A DNA stretch of 64,000 nucleotides from Candidatus Thorarchaeota archaeon (GCA_030612005.1 JAUWOU010000003.1:2450-66449), one strand, 5' to 3'. Counted from the stretch's first letter, positions 20,281-30,970 are shown. Numbers and translations are program-made. Notes: generated by a model from the sequence alone, not told the origin.

Positions 20281-21444
20281 ATGGCTCTTGACCAAGTTCA
20301 AACAACTCAAATGCAATTTGGACAACCAACCATAAACAGGTCCCTCACAGCTTTTAGTCCACCGGGAATCATTGTTGAGGCTGCCAAATATCCTATTCTA
20401 ATGGCAGGTGTATTAGCTTCCACTGAACCTTCAGAATGGCTTTCAATCCATGATCATCCAGAAGCATGGAGTGGTCTTAATCGAGAGGCAATCTTGAGAA
20501 TGCGAAAGCAACTTTATAGATTCACAATTCCAATTGATGCAAGAGCAATGGAACCAAGGAGTGTTGTTGATACGCTCCAAACAATAGCTCTATCTGTGAG
20601 TCCAGTTGCAATAGAAATCGAAACATCCAGCCTACCATCAAGAAAGCTCTCAGTTCTTGGAGGACAACTACCCGCAAGTCCTTGTGTGAATGTCAAATCA
20701 ATTGATATAATTTCAGAACCTGAGATTAGTCGGGTTGCTAAGAGAATAACTGAACAAGACATTCCAGCTACCGAAGCTGCATGGAAACTTCTTGATTACG
20801 AATATACACTTGATCAAGTAGCTCGGTTAATGTCCGTAGGACTATTGGGTATGATAGATAGTAGGCGGCTAGTTCCAACTAGAGGTGCGTACAAGGCGGT
20901 TATTGATGGTTATGTCAGTCGCAGTCTTATTGAACTGACTGAGAAACCTTTAGCATCTTCATACCGTCTAGGTATGTCTGAATTATTTGGAGAGAACTTC
21001 ACAGTTCTTGCCCAACCTGGTGAGCCACAGGTTGATTATTTGAGAATCGAAAGGACTGCAGATGGATTGGATCATGGTGTAAGCATTCAAGGTGTAAAGA
21101 ATCTAACAACCGATTCCAAGACTTCTGTCTTCTCGGACCATGCAAGATTCTCTGCATATTCAGATTTGGTCAAAAGGAAAGAATCTGCTCACCTGACAAT
21201 TTTCCATTTCTCAAGAAATAGTAACAATAGTATTCTTGGTCCTTGGCTTGTTCGCGCAGGTGTCAAGGCGGCATTAGAATCAAATCAGGTTGAACTTGAT
21301 ACTAGAGAGAATGCATTAATGGTGCTCAAATCATTCCTTGCTCCTGACATCTCAGTCTGGACTCAGGATAATCCCATTCTCGATAATTTTGGAGGAGCCT
21401 TCAAATTAGTAGAAAATAGTTCACCGTTAAATCTGATCAGATAA
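20281..21444 (+). CDS. Hypothetical protein (387 aa)
   Basis: Long ORF with no recognisable motif. Confidence 0.5.
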   Translation: MALDQVQTTQMQFGQPTINRSLTAFSPPGIIVEAAKYPILMAGVLASTEPSEWLSIHDHPEAWSGLNREAILRMRKQLYRFTIPIDARAMEPRSVVDTLQTIALSVSPVAIEIETSSLPSRKLSVLGGQLPASPCVNVKSIDIISEPEISRVAKRITEQDIPATEAAWKLLDYEYTLDQVARLMSVGLLGMIDSRRLVPTRGAYKAVIDGYVSRSLIELTEKPLASSYRLGMSELFGENFTVLAQPGEPQVDYLRIERTADGLDHGVSIQGVKNLTTDSKTSVFSDHARFSAYSDLVKRKESAHLTIFHFSRNSNNSILGPWLVRAGVKAALESNQVELDTRENALMVLKSFLAPDISVWTQDNPILDNFGGAFKLVENSSPLNLIR

Positions 21445-21477
21445 AAAAAGAAAGAGAGGCAGAGCCTAAGCTCTGCA

Positions 21478-22461
21478 CTAAATATTCTCTTTGGCCTCTT
21501 TACGGGAAGCACCCTTGTACATTAGCACTAGACCAATTATAGCAAGTAGCCCACCTGAAATTAGACCGCCTCCTTGAAGCATTGCACCAAATCCAAGTAC
21601 ATCCAAAGCAAGCATAATGAGACCTGCACCGATAAGGAGCATTATTAGTCCAACACCAATTCCGCCGGCTCTGAAAGACATAGAACGCGGATACTTGCTT
21701 TCGATAACATAACCTGTTGGTGCTGAAACCGAAGCTTTGTATTTCCTCTTACCATATCTGTACTCTAGTTCCCAAACGGGCACATGGATAAGGAAGGTTT
21801 CGCCAACATCGATGTTGTCAGTCCTCTGTTCAATTTTATCCACTTCTTTGAGTACGAGTTGAGTCTGTCTATCAGTCGCAATCTGTTTGGCAAGTCCTTT
21901 AGCTTGGTCTTCACCGATGTTACTATGTAACACCTTACCATCGAACTCTTCAGCATGAGCATGGCTAAAGTATTCTTTAGCACGGGTCGGGATTGGATGA
22001 TGACGAACATCTTCATCGATATCCTTGATACCCGCAATATTGATCTCATGACGTCTTTTGAATTCACCAGACTCAGGTTTCCAGAAATACTTGATATGCT
22101 TGTAAGCTCCGCGTCGCTGAGGCCATTCACTATGGAAAGTGGCATCACGACCGAGTCCCTGATATTTTGTGTCTGCATCAACCCGGCTAATCCAGAATGG
22201 ATACCAGATCTGCTCAGACTTCAAGAACCTAGCAGTAGCTGAAAGGTCATCAGGTACTCCAAGTTGCTTTGACACCCAATCAAGAAGAGTTGTCTGCGCT
22301 TCACCTTGATCATAGTGAACGCGAATCATATAGTGATCTGTGAACTTTACACCGTCTATCGTCTGTGCAGTCCCACAATAGGGACAAACTAGAAGAAGGT
22401 CTCCAGTTCCAGCTTCGAAATCTGCATCACAAAAGTTGCATCTTGCCATATCATTTACCAC
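21478..22461 (-). CDS. Zinc-ribbon, C-terminally membrane-anchored protein; paralogue 1 of a tandem pair.
   Basis: N-terminal CxxC...CxxC ribbon ('CNFCDAD...CPYCGT'). Internal repeated 'P(F/V)W...Y.G' beta motifs. Two Gly-rich TM helices at the C-terminus. Confidence 0.6.
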   Translation of the reverse strand: MVNDMARCNFCDADFEAGTGDLLLVCPYCGTAQTIDGVKFTDHYMIRVHYDQGEAQTTLLDWVSKQLGVPDDLSATARFLKSEQIWYPFWISRVDADTKYQGLGRDATFHSEWPQRRGAYKHIKYFWKPESGEFKRRHEINIAGIKDIDEDVRHHPIPTRAKEYFSHAHAEEFDGKVLHSNIGEDQAKGLAKQIATDRQTQLVLKEVDKIEQRTDNIDVGETFLIHVPVWELEYRYGKRKYKASVSAPTGYVIESKYPRSMSFRAGGIGVGLIMLLIGAGLIMLALDVLGFGAMLQGGGLISGGLLAIIGLVLMYKGASRKEAKENI

Positions 22462-23500
22462 CCTTCTTGGTGCGCTGTGTCATAATCAGCACTCTGAACC
22501 CATAGAATGTCATAAGGACACCTACAATCGCCGCAAGAGCCCCAATTCCCATTAGCGTCATGTCTGCATCTGGTGTGACATTGATTCCTGCAAAGAGGAA
22601 TTCCCCACCAACTCCTGCAATTATAATACCTATGAGACCCATGAGAGTCCACATGATTCTCTGGCCCCTAGTAATTGGAATCTCGCCCATGACTACATTT
22701 CCGGAATGACCGTCGACCGCAGCCTTGTACAAGTCACCTTGGAACTTGTAACGAATGAGAGAGAAAGGTGCTTGCATGTATGTAGTTTCCCTAACAGCAG
22801 TTGTTGTTCGACAATCAAAGAGCTCAGTAAGACCACTTCCTGCTTGAGCACGATGATCATCAGCAACGCGTCCGTGAATTGCTTTTTCGAATTCCTCTTG
22901 ACCAATTTCTGCATTCAGCATAACTGGTTCAAGATCTTTGATCTTAGCAAAATCGTAGGGAACTCCCGTCTCGGGTTTAACGTCTTTTAGATAGTCCTCC
23001 AGACCATAGAACCTTGCACCTTTCCTTGCGAGCAGTGGCTCGTGAGTGTCAGTGTGAAGTTCACTCTGAATAGGGACATACCCTTTTTCATAGTCTGTAT
23101 AGGTTTCAGTTCGAGTGTTACCATCTGAATCTCGAACTGTCCTAGTTTTCTGAACCGGTACCTGAACTGTCTTGTAACCTTTGTAGTATGAATCTGCTTT
23201 TACCTTTGCAGTCCATACAGGCACCATGATTAGCTGATTCTCAACAACTTGGCAATCCTTAACCAGAGATTTGTTCATGCCTTTGTTCTTGTCGAGAAAC
23301 TTTTGGAAACCAGCCAGTCGCTCATCAGAATCTACCGCGGTTTGCATCAAGTGGTCGCCAATCGCTTTGCCTTCAATTGTGGTTGTTTGACCACAATATG
23401 TACAAGTAATAACAACATCGTCGGGTCCGGTCTTTACATTTCCATTGCATACGGGACATTTGAACATGTCCGCTGCTGGTGCTTCAGAACCCATAATCAA
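22451..23500 (-). CDS. Zinc-ribbon, C-terminally membrane-anchored protein; paralogue 2 of the tandem pair.
   Basis: 'CPVCNGN...CTYCGQ' ribbon. Alignable with the downstream gene ('VPVWTAKVKADSYYKG' vs 'YPFWISRVDADTKYQG'). Two C-terminal TM helices. Overlaps the next gene by 11 nt. Confidence 0.6.
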   Translation of the reverse strand: MIMGSEAPAADMFKCPVCNGNVKTGPDDVVITCTYCGQTTTIEGKAIGDHLMQTAVDSDERLAGFQKFLDKNKGMNKSLVKDCQVVENQLIMVPVWTAKVKADSYYKGYKTVQVPVQKTRTVRDSDGNTRTETYTDYEKGYVPIQSELHTDTHEPLLARKGARFYGLEDYLKDVKPETGVPYDFAKIKDLEPVMLNAEIGQEEFEKAIHGRVADDHRAQAGSGLTELFDCRTTTAVRETTYMQAPFSLIRYKFQGDLYKAAVDGHSGNVVMGEIPITRGQRIMWTLMGLIGIIIAGVGGEFLFAGINVTPDADMTLMGIGALAAIVGVLMTFYGFRVLIMTQRTKKGGK

Positions 23501-23579
23501 ACTCTCCAGAGTCTGTATCTAAAGCAAAATGTGCTTGAAAGCTATTTAGAGTTTGGGTGAATAAACTACTGGGCCAGAA

Positions 23580-24299
23580 TCAGCTATTTTCAGGTTTTGA
23601 GCGAATTCCTAAGACAAATCCAACAAGGTTAAACTCGATATGGATGATAATAGGAAGAAGTATACTTCCAGATATAGTAAGGGAAATTCCAGCAATCAAA
23701 CCGAGAATGGCTGCAGAGAGAACAAGAACAGGAACTGATGCGCCCATCTGTTTCGCAGGGGCTATGTGAATCATCCCAAAAACGATTGCAGAAACAATTG
23801 CACCACTTGTTATTGAAAACCATCCTAGATCGATTGCAAGCAACAAGGTGTTGTCCAGGATATTCTGTAGGAACCCGCGAAACAGAGTTTCTTCAGCTAT
23901 GCTAGCTAGAAGAACTATGACAATGAAAAATATGATGCGCCCTCTCATGTCGGAAGTCGGGTTCATTTTTTTAGGAGTTGGAGAGATATGCTGACTTACT
24001 ACAACAACAACAATAGCGGCGATTATACCAAATGTACTTAGTAGAACCATCACCTCTAACGTGGGTAATTGAAAACCCCAGAGAGGTAGCATGCCCATGC
24101 TCAGAAGAAAGATGACTAATAGCGATAAGCAAAGAACAACTGGACTTACAATCGCGGATGACACCCACGGATTTGCAAGGGTGATGTTTGCTTCTGATTT
24201 TCTTTTCTTTGCAACGGCAATCATCACTGCAAAAGATACAGAATAGATTACCATTGAAATTACAATACCAATCCCAAGTGCAATTAGCCATTCAATCAC
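23580..24299 (-). CDS. CPBP-family intramembrane metalloprotease (CAAX protease/Abi-like)
   Basis: 'EETLFRGFLQNIL' (EExxxR) and 'FGMIHI' (FxxxH) motifs in a polytopic membrane protein. Confidence 0.8.
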   Translation of the reverse strand: MIEWLIALGIGIVISMVIYSVSFAVMIAVAKKRKSEANITLANPWVSSAIVSPVVLCLSLLVIFLLSMGMLPLWGFQLPTLEVMVLLSTFGIIAAIVVVVVSQHISPTPKKMNPTSDMRGRIIFFIVIVLLASIAEETLFRGFLQNILDNTLLLAIDLGWFSITSGAIVSAIVFGMIHIAPAKQMGASVPVLVLSAAILGLIAGISLTISGSILLPIIIHIEFNLVGFVLGIRSKPENS

Positions 24300-24491
24300 T
24301 GAGAATCACACCTAACTCAGAGGTGCGATGAAACTTACTTACTGATAACTATCTCCTTTCCAGTATTGTCTATCACCTCGAAATTGCGAATAGAGTCTAT
24401 TCAATACAAAACTACGAAATAGTATAAGAATGCTGAAAGACAAAGACCTGTACAAGTACAATCTTCACACTATCAGCATCCTGGTAATAAT

Positions 24492-25694
24492 CTACCTGCG
24501 AATGTCTTCACGAAGGCGAGCTGCTGAGAACTCATGCACTCGGTCTTTAACCTCTTCACGTGCAGCTTGGTGTTTCTCAAGAAACTCCATCATCATTGGT
24601 GCGAGGATCTGTTTGCATTCTCCGCAGAGAATCTCTCCACCTCTACACTTCTGCTCGATATCAGCCAGGTCTTTATCATCAGGCATGAAGATGAAGTTGT
24701 AGTACTTGAACACACTGCAGATGTCTGGATTTGCTCCGAGCTTTCGCTGTTCCTCAACTGTGGTTCTACCACCAGTAAAAGCTGCCATAACTTTCTTCTT
24801 TGCTTGTTTAGGAGTGTCAGTTGTGAAGATTGCAGACATTGGCTCAGATGCTGACATCTTTCCACCCTCCTTTAATCCAGGGACAAAGGAACATTGAATG
24901 CTGGCAGGTTTGTAGTAGCCTAACTTCTCTGCAATATCACGAGTGACCCTCCAGAAGGGGTCTTGATCAATTGCACATGGAATGATGCATGGTGTCTTCT
25001 CACCGTAGATCCACGAATGGAGGAATGCAGGAACTGACTGAATCGCGGGGTGCCAGATAGAGCCTATGTTTGTACTGTTATCAAATCCAAATGTTGCCTT
25101 CACAGTTGAGAAGGTCACCTTTCGAGCCACTTCAACTGCAATCTCGTACAACATATCTATGTGCTCTATATCGTCAATGATGTAAGTATCCTCAGGTTCG
25201 AATCCCAATGCTAGCAAGTCAAGAGTATTCTCATAGGTGTACTTTCTGACATCATCAATACTTAGATGAGAATTGAAGAAGTACTTCTCATCATTTGTCA
25301 TTTGAAAATAGAGGCGGGTCTTAAATCGGTCCTGAAACCATTTTGTGAACATCCAAGGTACTAGATGGCCGATGTGAGTATGACCGCTTGGTCCTCTTCC
25401 TGTGTAGATAACGAATTTATTGCCTTTCTCATATTCGTTGAGAATCCAGTCAAGGTCTCTATGAGAAAAGAATAGATCTCTCTCAAGTAAGACATGCCTA
25501 TCTCCAGCAATCTTGTAAATTCGTTCTTTCAACTCTTCTGTTATCCGTTGGGTTCCAAACTCTTTGATGAGCCGATCGTAATCGATTTTCCCACTGACTT
25601 TGAATGGTGTAACAACCATGTCGTCTTTTTCTTCACTCAATGTGAGTGTCTCCTTGGATGTATTTGCCAACTTATAGTTAGCAAAGTTGAACAT
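24492..25694 (-). CDS. trpS: Tryptophanyl-tRNA synthetase (archaeal/eukaryotic type)
   Basis: 'YTGRGPSGHTHIGHLVPW' (HIGH region) and 'KMSAS' motifs. Confidence 0.85.
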   Translation of the reverse strand: MFNFANYKLANTSKETLTLSEEKDDMVVTPFKVSGKIDYDRLIKEFGTQRITEELKERIYKIAGDRHVLLERDLFFSHRDLDWILNEYEKGNKFVIYTGRGPSGHTHIGHLVPWMFTKWFQDRFKTRLYFQMTNDEKYFFNSHLSIDDVRKYTYENTLDLLALGFEPEDTYIIDDIEHIDMLYEIAVEVARKVTFSTVKATFGFDNSTNIGSIWHPAIQSVPAFLHSWIYGEKTPCIIPCAIDQDPFWRVTRDIAEKLGYYKPASIQCSFVPGLKEGGKMSASEPMSAIFTTDTPKQAKKKVMAAFTGGRTTVEEQRKLGANPDICSVFKYYNFIFMPDDKDLADIEQKCRGGEILCGECKQILAPMMMEFLEKHQAAREEVKDRVHEFSAARLREDIRR

Positions 25695-25815
25695 CTGGTT
25701 ATTCTAATTAAGCCTGATGGTTCAAATATTGAGCATAATTGACCAAAGAGTTACCCTAAAAAGGGAATGTGTAAACAAAGATGATTAATTCTAATAACAA
25801 TTAGGAGTTACCAAT

Positions 25816-26082
25816 ATGCGAATCGAAGACTATGAGTTCGAGCAGGAGATGACTCTGACTAATCTTGCTGACCTCTTGGAAGAGATTGTTGAGCAACTGC
25901 GTAAGGGTGATGACCTAGAGTTACCAATGCCAACTCTCCAAGCAGGTACGATAGTAGTACCAATTGGAGAACCTGTGGAAACAGGACTCGAGGTCAAAAT
26001 CAGAAAGCAATTCGTTCATGTAAACCTTGCACTTTCTTGGAGTCGACCAAGATTGGTAGAGGAGGTAAAATCGGATGAGTGA
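25816..26082 (+). CDS. Small acidic hypothetical protein (88 aa)
   Basis: ORF with an 8-nt overlap to the next gene (likely co-translated). Confidence 0.4.
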   Translation: MRIEDYEFEQEMTLTNLADLLEEIVEQLRKGDDLELPMPTLQAGTIVVPIGEPVETGLEVKIRKQFVHVNLALSWSRPRLVEEVKSDE

Positions 26083-26722
26083 CGATTTTCTTACAAAGGA
26101 TGAAATTCTTAGTGGTTTTCTTAAGATTTTGGATTTACAACAGAAAATTAGTGACTACGTAGATAGAAGGTTATGTGGTCAGTTCTGTAACCAAACAGCA
26201 GAACCAGAAGTGACTCAAGAAGAGTGGACTGAAATGAGGAAGAAGATTTTCACGTATCTTCGTTCTCTAATGGACAAGTACATGTTCACAAAGAAGATAC
26301 CTAGAGATGACTTGGGTATTATGACCCTCGCAGTAATTGAATACTTCATTAGAATTCAACACACTTTAGCTCAAGTATTAGTTATTCTTGATTCACTCCG
26401 AGGCGATTCTTTTGGTGAGATCTATATGGACTCACTCACAACAATCTCGTCTAAGGTGAATGAACAAATTGGCACACTTAAACATATGATTGAAGTTAAT
26501 GTCAGTGATCCAGAAAGTGTCAAAGCAGATTTGGAACAAATCATCAAACTAGAAAGACAAATTGACGAGGATAATATTGTAATCTGCCGTCAAATCTCTG
26601 TCAAAACAGCTGGTGGCGATGAATCAGATTTCTCATGTTATATGATGAGAAAGATTGTTGCAGAGTTGGAACATATTTCGGATTATGTGAAAGAATGCGC
26701 TGAGATTCTTGCGGATATCTGA
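26075..26722 (+). CDS. Hypothetical helical protein, possibly PhoU/DUF47-like
   Basis: Repeated helical segments ending 'IVAELEHISDYVKECAEILADI'. Lies directly upstream of the antiporter gene. Confidence 0.35.
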   Translation: MSDDFLTKDEILSGFLKILDLQQKISDYVDRRLCGQFCNQTAEPEVTQEEWTEMRKKIFTYLRSLMDKYMFTKKIPRDDLGIMTLAVIEYFIRIQHTLAQVLVILDSLRGDSFGEIYMDSLTTISSKVNEQIGTLKHMIEVNVSDPESVKADLEQIIKLERQIDEDNIVICRQISVKTAGGDESDFSCYMMRKIVAELEHISDYVKECAEILADI

Positions 26723-26733
26723 GGTGTGTATTC

Positions 26734-28320
26734 TTGGCTGACGATTTTGGAATCTATCTAGCGGTCATCATTTTAATTGGCGGCGCAGTACTTGCTAAAG
26801 TCGCAGAGAGATTCAAAATTCCGTATCCAATCCCATTAATGGTCGCTGGATTAGGAATCAAGTTGGTCATAGATCCCGCAATATTCGCGGGTATTCCGCT
26901 CTCCCTTATCGCTCAATTAACGCTTGCTTCAGTTCTTTTCTATGCAGGTTTGAATATCAATATGAGAGAACTCAGACTCTCGATCAGATCAATTGCAGTT
27001 CTTGCCACTGTTGGCGTATTTCTTACATCAATTATTGCTGGAGGAACCATTTGGCTTGCAATCCCTGGACAGGTTGGACTAATAGGAGTCGCGTTCATCA
27101 TTGGTGCGATTCTCACACCAACAGACCCTGCAGCACTCTTCTCGGTTCGTGAATCAGGTGGAGTGAGAGTTAAGAGAAAACTATTCTCAATCTTGGAAGG
27201 TGAAGCAGTATTCAATGATGCAACCGCTGTCATTATTGTCATTACAGTTTTCCTCCCTTTCATTGTCCCTGCACTTGCCCAACCTTGGTGGATTGTCGGA
27301 GGCCAGTTTGTCGCAAGTATAGCCTTGGGTGTGATTATTGGTCTCGGAATTGCATGGGGCATGGCAAAGACACTGTTAGCCATAGAAGGAAGTACGAATA
27401 CATCCATAGTTACCGCTGCAACCCCCATCATTGCGTATGGTGTGGGTGAATTATTTGCAGTTTTTGGAATTCATCCAGGAGCTTTAGCAGCAGTTTTTGC
27501 GGGCCTCTTCATGGCAAACTCTAGATCGATTGGTCTTCCTGTACTCCCCCAGAAATCAATGCGCATAACAATGAAGAATGTTTCATTCGTGTTCGAGATA
27601 ATTGTGTTCATCTTCTTGGGGATAAATCTAGACCTGGAAGCAATGACACCAGAAATAATAGCTGTTGGTGGTATTGTTGGTTTACTAGTAATTCTAATTG
27701 CTAGACCAATTTCTGTTTTCGCTGTGACAGCTTTTGATAAGACAATGAGCAATAGAGACCGGTTCTTTGTCAGCTGGGCGGGAGTAAAAGGAGTAGCCAG
27801 CGCAGCTTTAGCAGCAATTGTCGTTGTAGAACTAGAAGCTGGGATAGGCGGAACAATTACTTCGATTGTCTTTATTGTAGTTTTCATGAGCCTCGTCGTG
27901 CAAGGAATAACAGCACCGCGCATCGCTACACTTCTGAATCTCATTGAGGAAGAGGATGCAGCTCAAGAAATCGCAGCAATGCGAGATGCAACTCGTTATG
28001 CTCTTCTCAAACTCGTAGACAAATATACTGAGGGAGAAGTCAGCAGTCAAATCTATTCTAGATTGAAAGCCGAGCTTGAAGAGGAGATATTCAGTCTTGA
28101 AGACGATTTACGAAAATTAGTTTCAGATAAGCGAGCAAGGTTGCGTGAGCTTGAAATCAGAGAAGAAATCTTCCGTGAAAAACTTGCTTTCTTCCAAGCT
28201 GAATATGAGAAGGGTAAAGTTCCAGAATCTCTCTACGAGGACCAGAGGATGGAGCTGCAGGCAGAGATTGACGAGCTTGCCACATTAAGGAGTCCTAAGC
28301 TAGCTGATAATGAGGAATAA
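26734..28320 (+). CDS. Cation:proton antiporter (CPA1/NhaP-type Na+/H+ exchanger) with a C-terminal coiled-coil/regulatory tail
   Basis: About 12 TM helices with 'TPTDPAA' and 'FNDATAVII' CPA1 blocks. The C-terminal ~130 aa are charged. Confidence 0.8.
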   Translation: MADDFGIYLAVIILIGGAVLAKVAERFKIPYPIPLMVAGLGIKLVIDPAIFAGIPLSLIAQLTLASVLFYAGLNINMRELRLSIRSIAVLATVGVFLTSIIAGGTIWLAIPGQVGLIGVAFIIGAILTPTDPAALFSVRESGGVRVKRKLFSILEGEAVFNDATAVIIVITVFLPFIVPALAQPWWIVGGQFVASIALGVIIGLGIAWGMAKTLLAIEGSTNTSIVTAATPIIAYGVGELFAVFGIHPGALAAVFAGLFMANSRSIGLPVLPQKSMRITMKNVSFVFEIIVFIFLGINLDLEAMTPEIIAVGGIVGLLVILIARPISVFAVTAFDKTMSNRDRFFVSWAGVKGVASAALAAIVVVELEAGIGGTITSIVFIVVFMSLVVQGITAPRIATLLNLIEEEDAAQEIAAMRDATRYALLKLVDKYTEGEVSSQIYSRLKAELEEEIFSLEDDLRKLVSDKRARLRELEIREEIFREKLAFFQAEYEKGKVPESLYEDQRMELQAEIDELATLRSPKLADNEE

Positions 28321-28333
28321 TTCAACTATACTT

Positions 28334-29083
28334 TCAGAACTGAACTTTCTTGTAGGCATCAGGCAATCGAATACCAGTCTTGCCTGTGAAAACATCTCTT
28401 AGTAGCTCAATGTGTTCATCGAGGTCTTTGAGTAGTTTATCCCTAGCACTTCCTTCTATGTTAGGTTCAACCATCCATATTGTCAGATAATTGCTGACTA
28501 CGCCTATATCGATAGCACTCTCTTCGAAGTCACGGAAGATTGTGAGTTTAACAAGAAATTCCGACTCGTACATGTTAAGAATATCGCGGACACTTATCAT
28601 AATCAAATCAAGGAATCCAACCAGATCTTCGAGCTCTGGAGATTCTGAGAGGTCTCCACGCATCGTTTCAGTTAGAGTCTGAATACTGGTTGAAGTGTGT
28701 CGGAGGTTTTCAAACATGTGCATCAATTTTGTGAACTCCCTGATGGAAGCCTCTAAAGAAGGCACAAGTCTATCGTACAAATTAACGAGTAGTATCCCTT
28801 TGGAGTTCTCGCGGATATTCTGAAATCCACCTAATTTTCCAAGAGGTCCATCCAAGTGTTCAATCTGCATTATTGTATTGGTAACTGCTTGAATAGCTTT
28901 GGCAGACTTACGCTGAATGTTTGACCATTTTTCTACAAATGTATCAAGCCCCTCACGGAGGTCATCAAGCGTATCGATGTAGTTTGCCAAGGATATATCG
29001 ACTCCGAGTGTTAATTTCATTTCAGACCATATAAGAGATTCTAAGGGACACAAATTTCCAAGATTTGTGATTAACTGAATCAA
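28334..29083 (-). CDS. Hypothetical helical protein (249 aa)
   Basis: ORF only. Convergent with the antiporter gene. Confidence 0.4.
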   Translation of the reverse strand: MIQLITNLGNLCPLESLIWSEMKLTLGVDISLANYIDTLDDLREGLDTFVEKWSNIQRKSAKAIQAVTNTIMQIEHLDGPLGKLGGFQNIRENSKGILLVNLYDRLVPSLEASIREFTKLMHMFENLRHTSTSIQTLTETMRGDLSESPELEDLVGFLDLIMISVRDILNMYESEFLVKLTIFRDFEESAIDIGVVSNYLTIWMVEPNIEGSARDKLLKDLDEHIELLRDVFTGKTGIRLPDAYKKVQF

Positions 29084-29114
29084 GAACCATTATCATGAAA
29101 GTAGCATGTCTGAG

Positions 29115-29645
29115 TTAAGTAAGCTTCAGTAAATCCGATCTAGTGATAATTCCACGGATACGACCCTGCTGGTGCACAAGAATGGCTTGGTATTTTTGAA
29201 AGAGAGGAGCGACAATATCTACAGGCGTGGTTTCATCAATTATGGGTACTCCCTCTGGACTCATCACTGCTTGAACTGATAACTCATGCATGTTATGTCG
29301 GAGGTTCCTAATGATATCGCGCTCAGTGATAATGCCGACCATCTTAGTTCCACGGAGTACAGGAATCTGGGAATAGTTATGTTTCTGCATCAATCTAACA
29401 GCTTGTGCTGCAGGGTCTCTATCATCAATAGTTACTGGATCAATCGTCATGATGTCATAGCATTTTTTGCTCTGGCGATTTGTTAACACTTCGAATATCT
29501 TATTCACAACGGAGAGTTTAGGATCCAGAGTTTTTTTCTCGAGCCTCGCAATATACGACTGAGAGACCCCAACTTCGATAGCCAACTCCGCCTGAGTCAT
29601 ACCAACTTCTCTTCGGAGGTCCAGGAGACTATCAACCGTCATCAT
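29115..29645 (-). CDS. Transcriptional regulator with an XRE-type HTH and tandem CBS domains
   Basis: 'MTQAELAIEVGVSQSYIARLEKK' HTH, followed by a CBS pair. Confidence 0.8.
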   Translation of the reverse strand: MMTVDSLLDLRREVGMTQAELAIEVGVSQSYIARLEKKTLDPKLSVVNKIFEVLTNRQSKKCYDIMTIDPVTIDDRDPAAQAVRLMQKHNYSQIPVLRGTKMVGIITERDIIRNLRHNMHELSVQAVMSPEGVPIIDETTPVDIVAPLFQKYQAILVHQQGRIRGIITRSDLLKLT

Positions 29646-29770
29646 TTGTATTCATTTTCGAATATTCTCCAGAGTAATAAAAAGCTTTGGAATATTACCC
29701 TTGGGAATGACGCATAACAAGTTATTTATGCAGATTTTTGCGCGCCCGATGGAAAGATGAGTTGATTATT

Positions 29771-30970
29771 ATGAATTTGAAAGTCACGCGCGGAGCCGGA
29801 CCATCTGTCGATAAGCTCCAAGTAGAGATAGTCGAGCGGAAAGGCAAAGGGCATCCCGATACTTTGGCAGACAAAGCTGCAGAAGAATTGAGTGTGCGTC
29901 TAAGCGAGTACTACATGGAAACCTTTGGTCAAGTTCAGCATCATAACGTTGACAAGGTCCTGATTGTTGGTGGACAGTCGAACGCTAAATTTGGTGGGGG
30001 AGACGTCATCGAGCCGATTTACATTCTCATGAGTGGTCGTGCCGTTGATGTAGTTGACAGGGATTATTCACGTCAAGTACCAGTTGGAAAATTCGCAGTT
30101 GAGCATACTAGACAATGGCTAAGCAAAGACCTTCCACACCTCGATGTGAACGCTGATGTTATCATCGATTACAAGATTCGCGCAGGGAGCACAGATCTTG
30201 TAGGAAACTTTGACCTTGAAACTGGCATCCCTCGAGCAAACGATACTTCCTTCGGTGTAGGCTATTGTCCTCTGTCACCCCTTGAACAGATTACTCTGCA
30301 GTCTGAAGAACTACTCAACAGTCCCAAGGTGAAGAAACAATGGCCCCAGATTGGAGAAGATATCAAAATCATGGGGACAAGAATTGATGGCAAGATCCAT
30401 ATTCAAGTTGCAGCAGCAATTATCTCCACTGAAACCAAGGACAAAGGCGAGTATGCCAATGTCATGGATGGTATTGTAAACCTAGTCAAAGACCTCGCTG
30501 TGACAATCACAGATATGGATGTAGAAGTCAATGTGAATACCGCAGACAGTCCAGCTGACAATCTATTCTACCTTACAGTTACTGGCACTTCAGCTGAACA
30601 TGGTGACGATGGACAGGTGGGCCGGGGCAATCGCGCAAACGGTCTCATCACACCTTACAGACCAATGACACTTGAAGCAGCAGCTGGAAAGAATCCAGTA
30701 TCACATGTTGGGAAGACTTACAATGTAGCTGCCCGCGAGATCACCGAACGGGTTTACAAGGAGCATCCTGATCTTTCACAAATCTACTGTTATCTCGTAA
30801 GCCAGATAGGTGCACCAATCACTGAGCCATTGGCAATTAACGTAGAGCTCTATGGTGATTGTGATATTGATAATGTGAGAAAATCGGTCGAGTCTATCAC
30901 TGAAGAAGTGATTGGTAAACTACCTCGGGTTTGGGAAGGCTTCGTCAAGAGGCAATACCAGCTCTGGTAA
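29771..30970 (+). CDS. mat: S-adenosylmethionine synthetase, archaeal type (MAT)
   Basis: 'VEIVERKGKGHPDTLADKAAEE' is the archaeal MAT signature. The start is placed at the internal ATG (MNLKV...) rather than 29738. Confidence 0.85.
   Translation: MNLKVTRGAGPSVDKLQVEIVERKGKGHPDTLADKAAEELSVRLSEYYMETFGQVQHHNVDKVLIVGGQSNAKFGGGDVIEPIYILMSGRAVDVVDRDYSRQVPVGKFAVEHTRQWLSKDLPHLDVNADVIIDYKIRAGSTDLVGNFDLETGIPRANDTSFGVGYCPLSPLEQITLQSEELLNSPKVKKQWPQIGEDIKIMGTRIDGKIHIQVAAAIISTETKDKGEYANVMDGIVNLVKDLAVTITDMDVEVNVNTADSPADNLFYLTVTGTSAEHGDDGQVGRGNRANGLITPYRPMTLEAAAGKNPVSHVGKTYNVAAREITERVYKEHPDLSQIYCYLVSQIGAPITEPLAINVELYGDCDIDNVRKSVESITEEVIGKLPRVWEGFVKRQYQLW

Noticed and set aside
26940-27944. Two antisense ORFs (163 and 157 aa) inside the Na+/H+ antiporter gene
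   Set aside because: They are entirely internal to the antiporter gene on the opposite strand, with Ala/Thr/Pro/Ile-rich translations and no motif of their own. No support as real genes.
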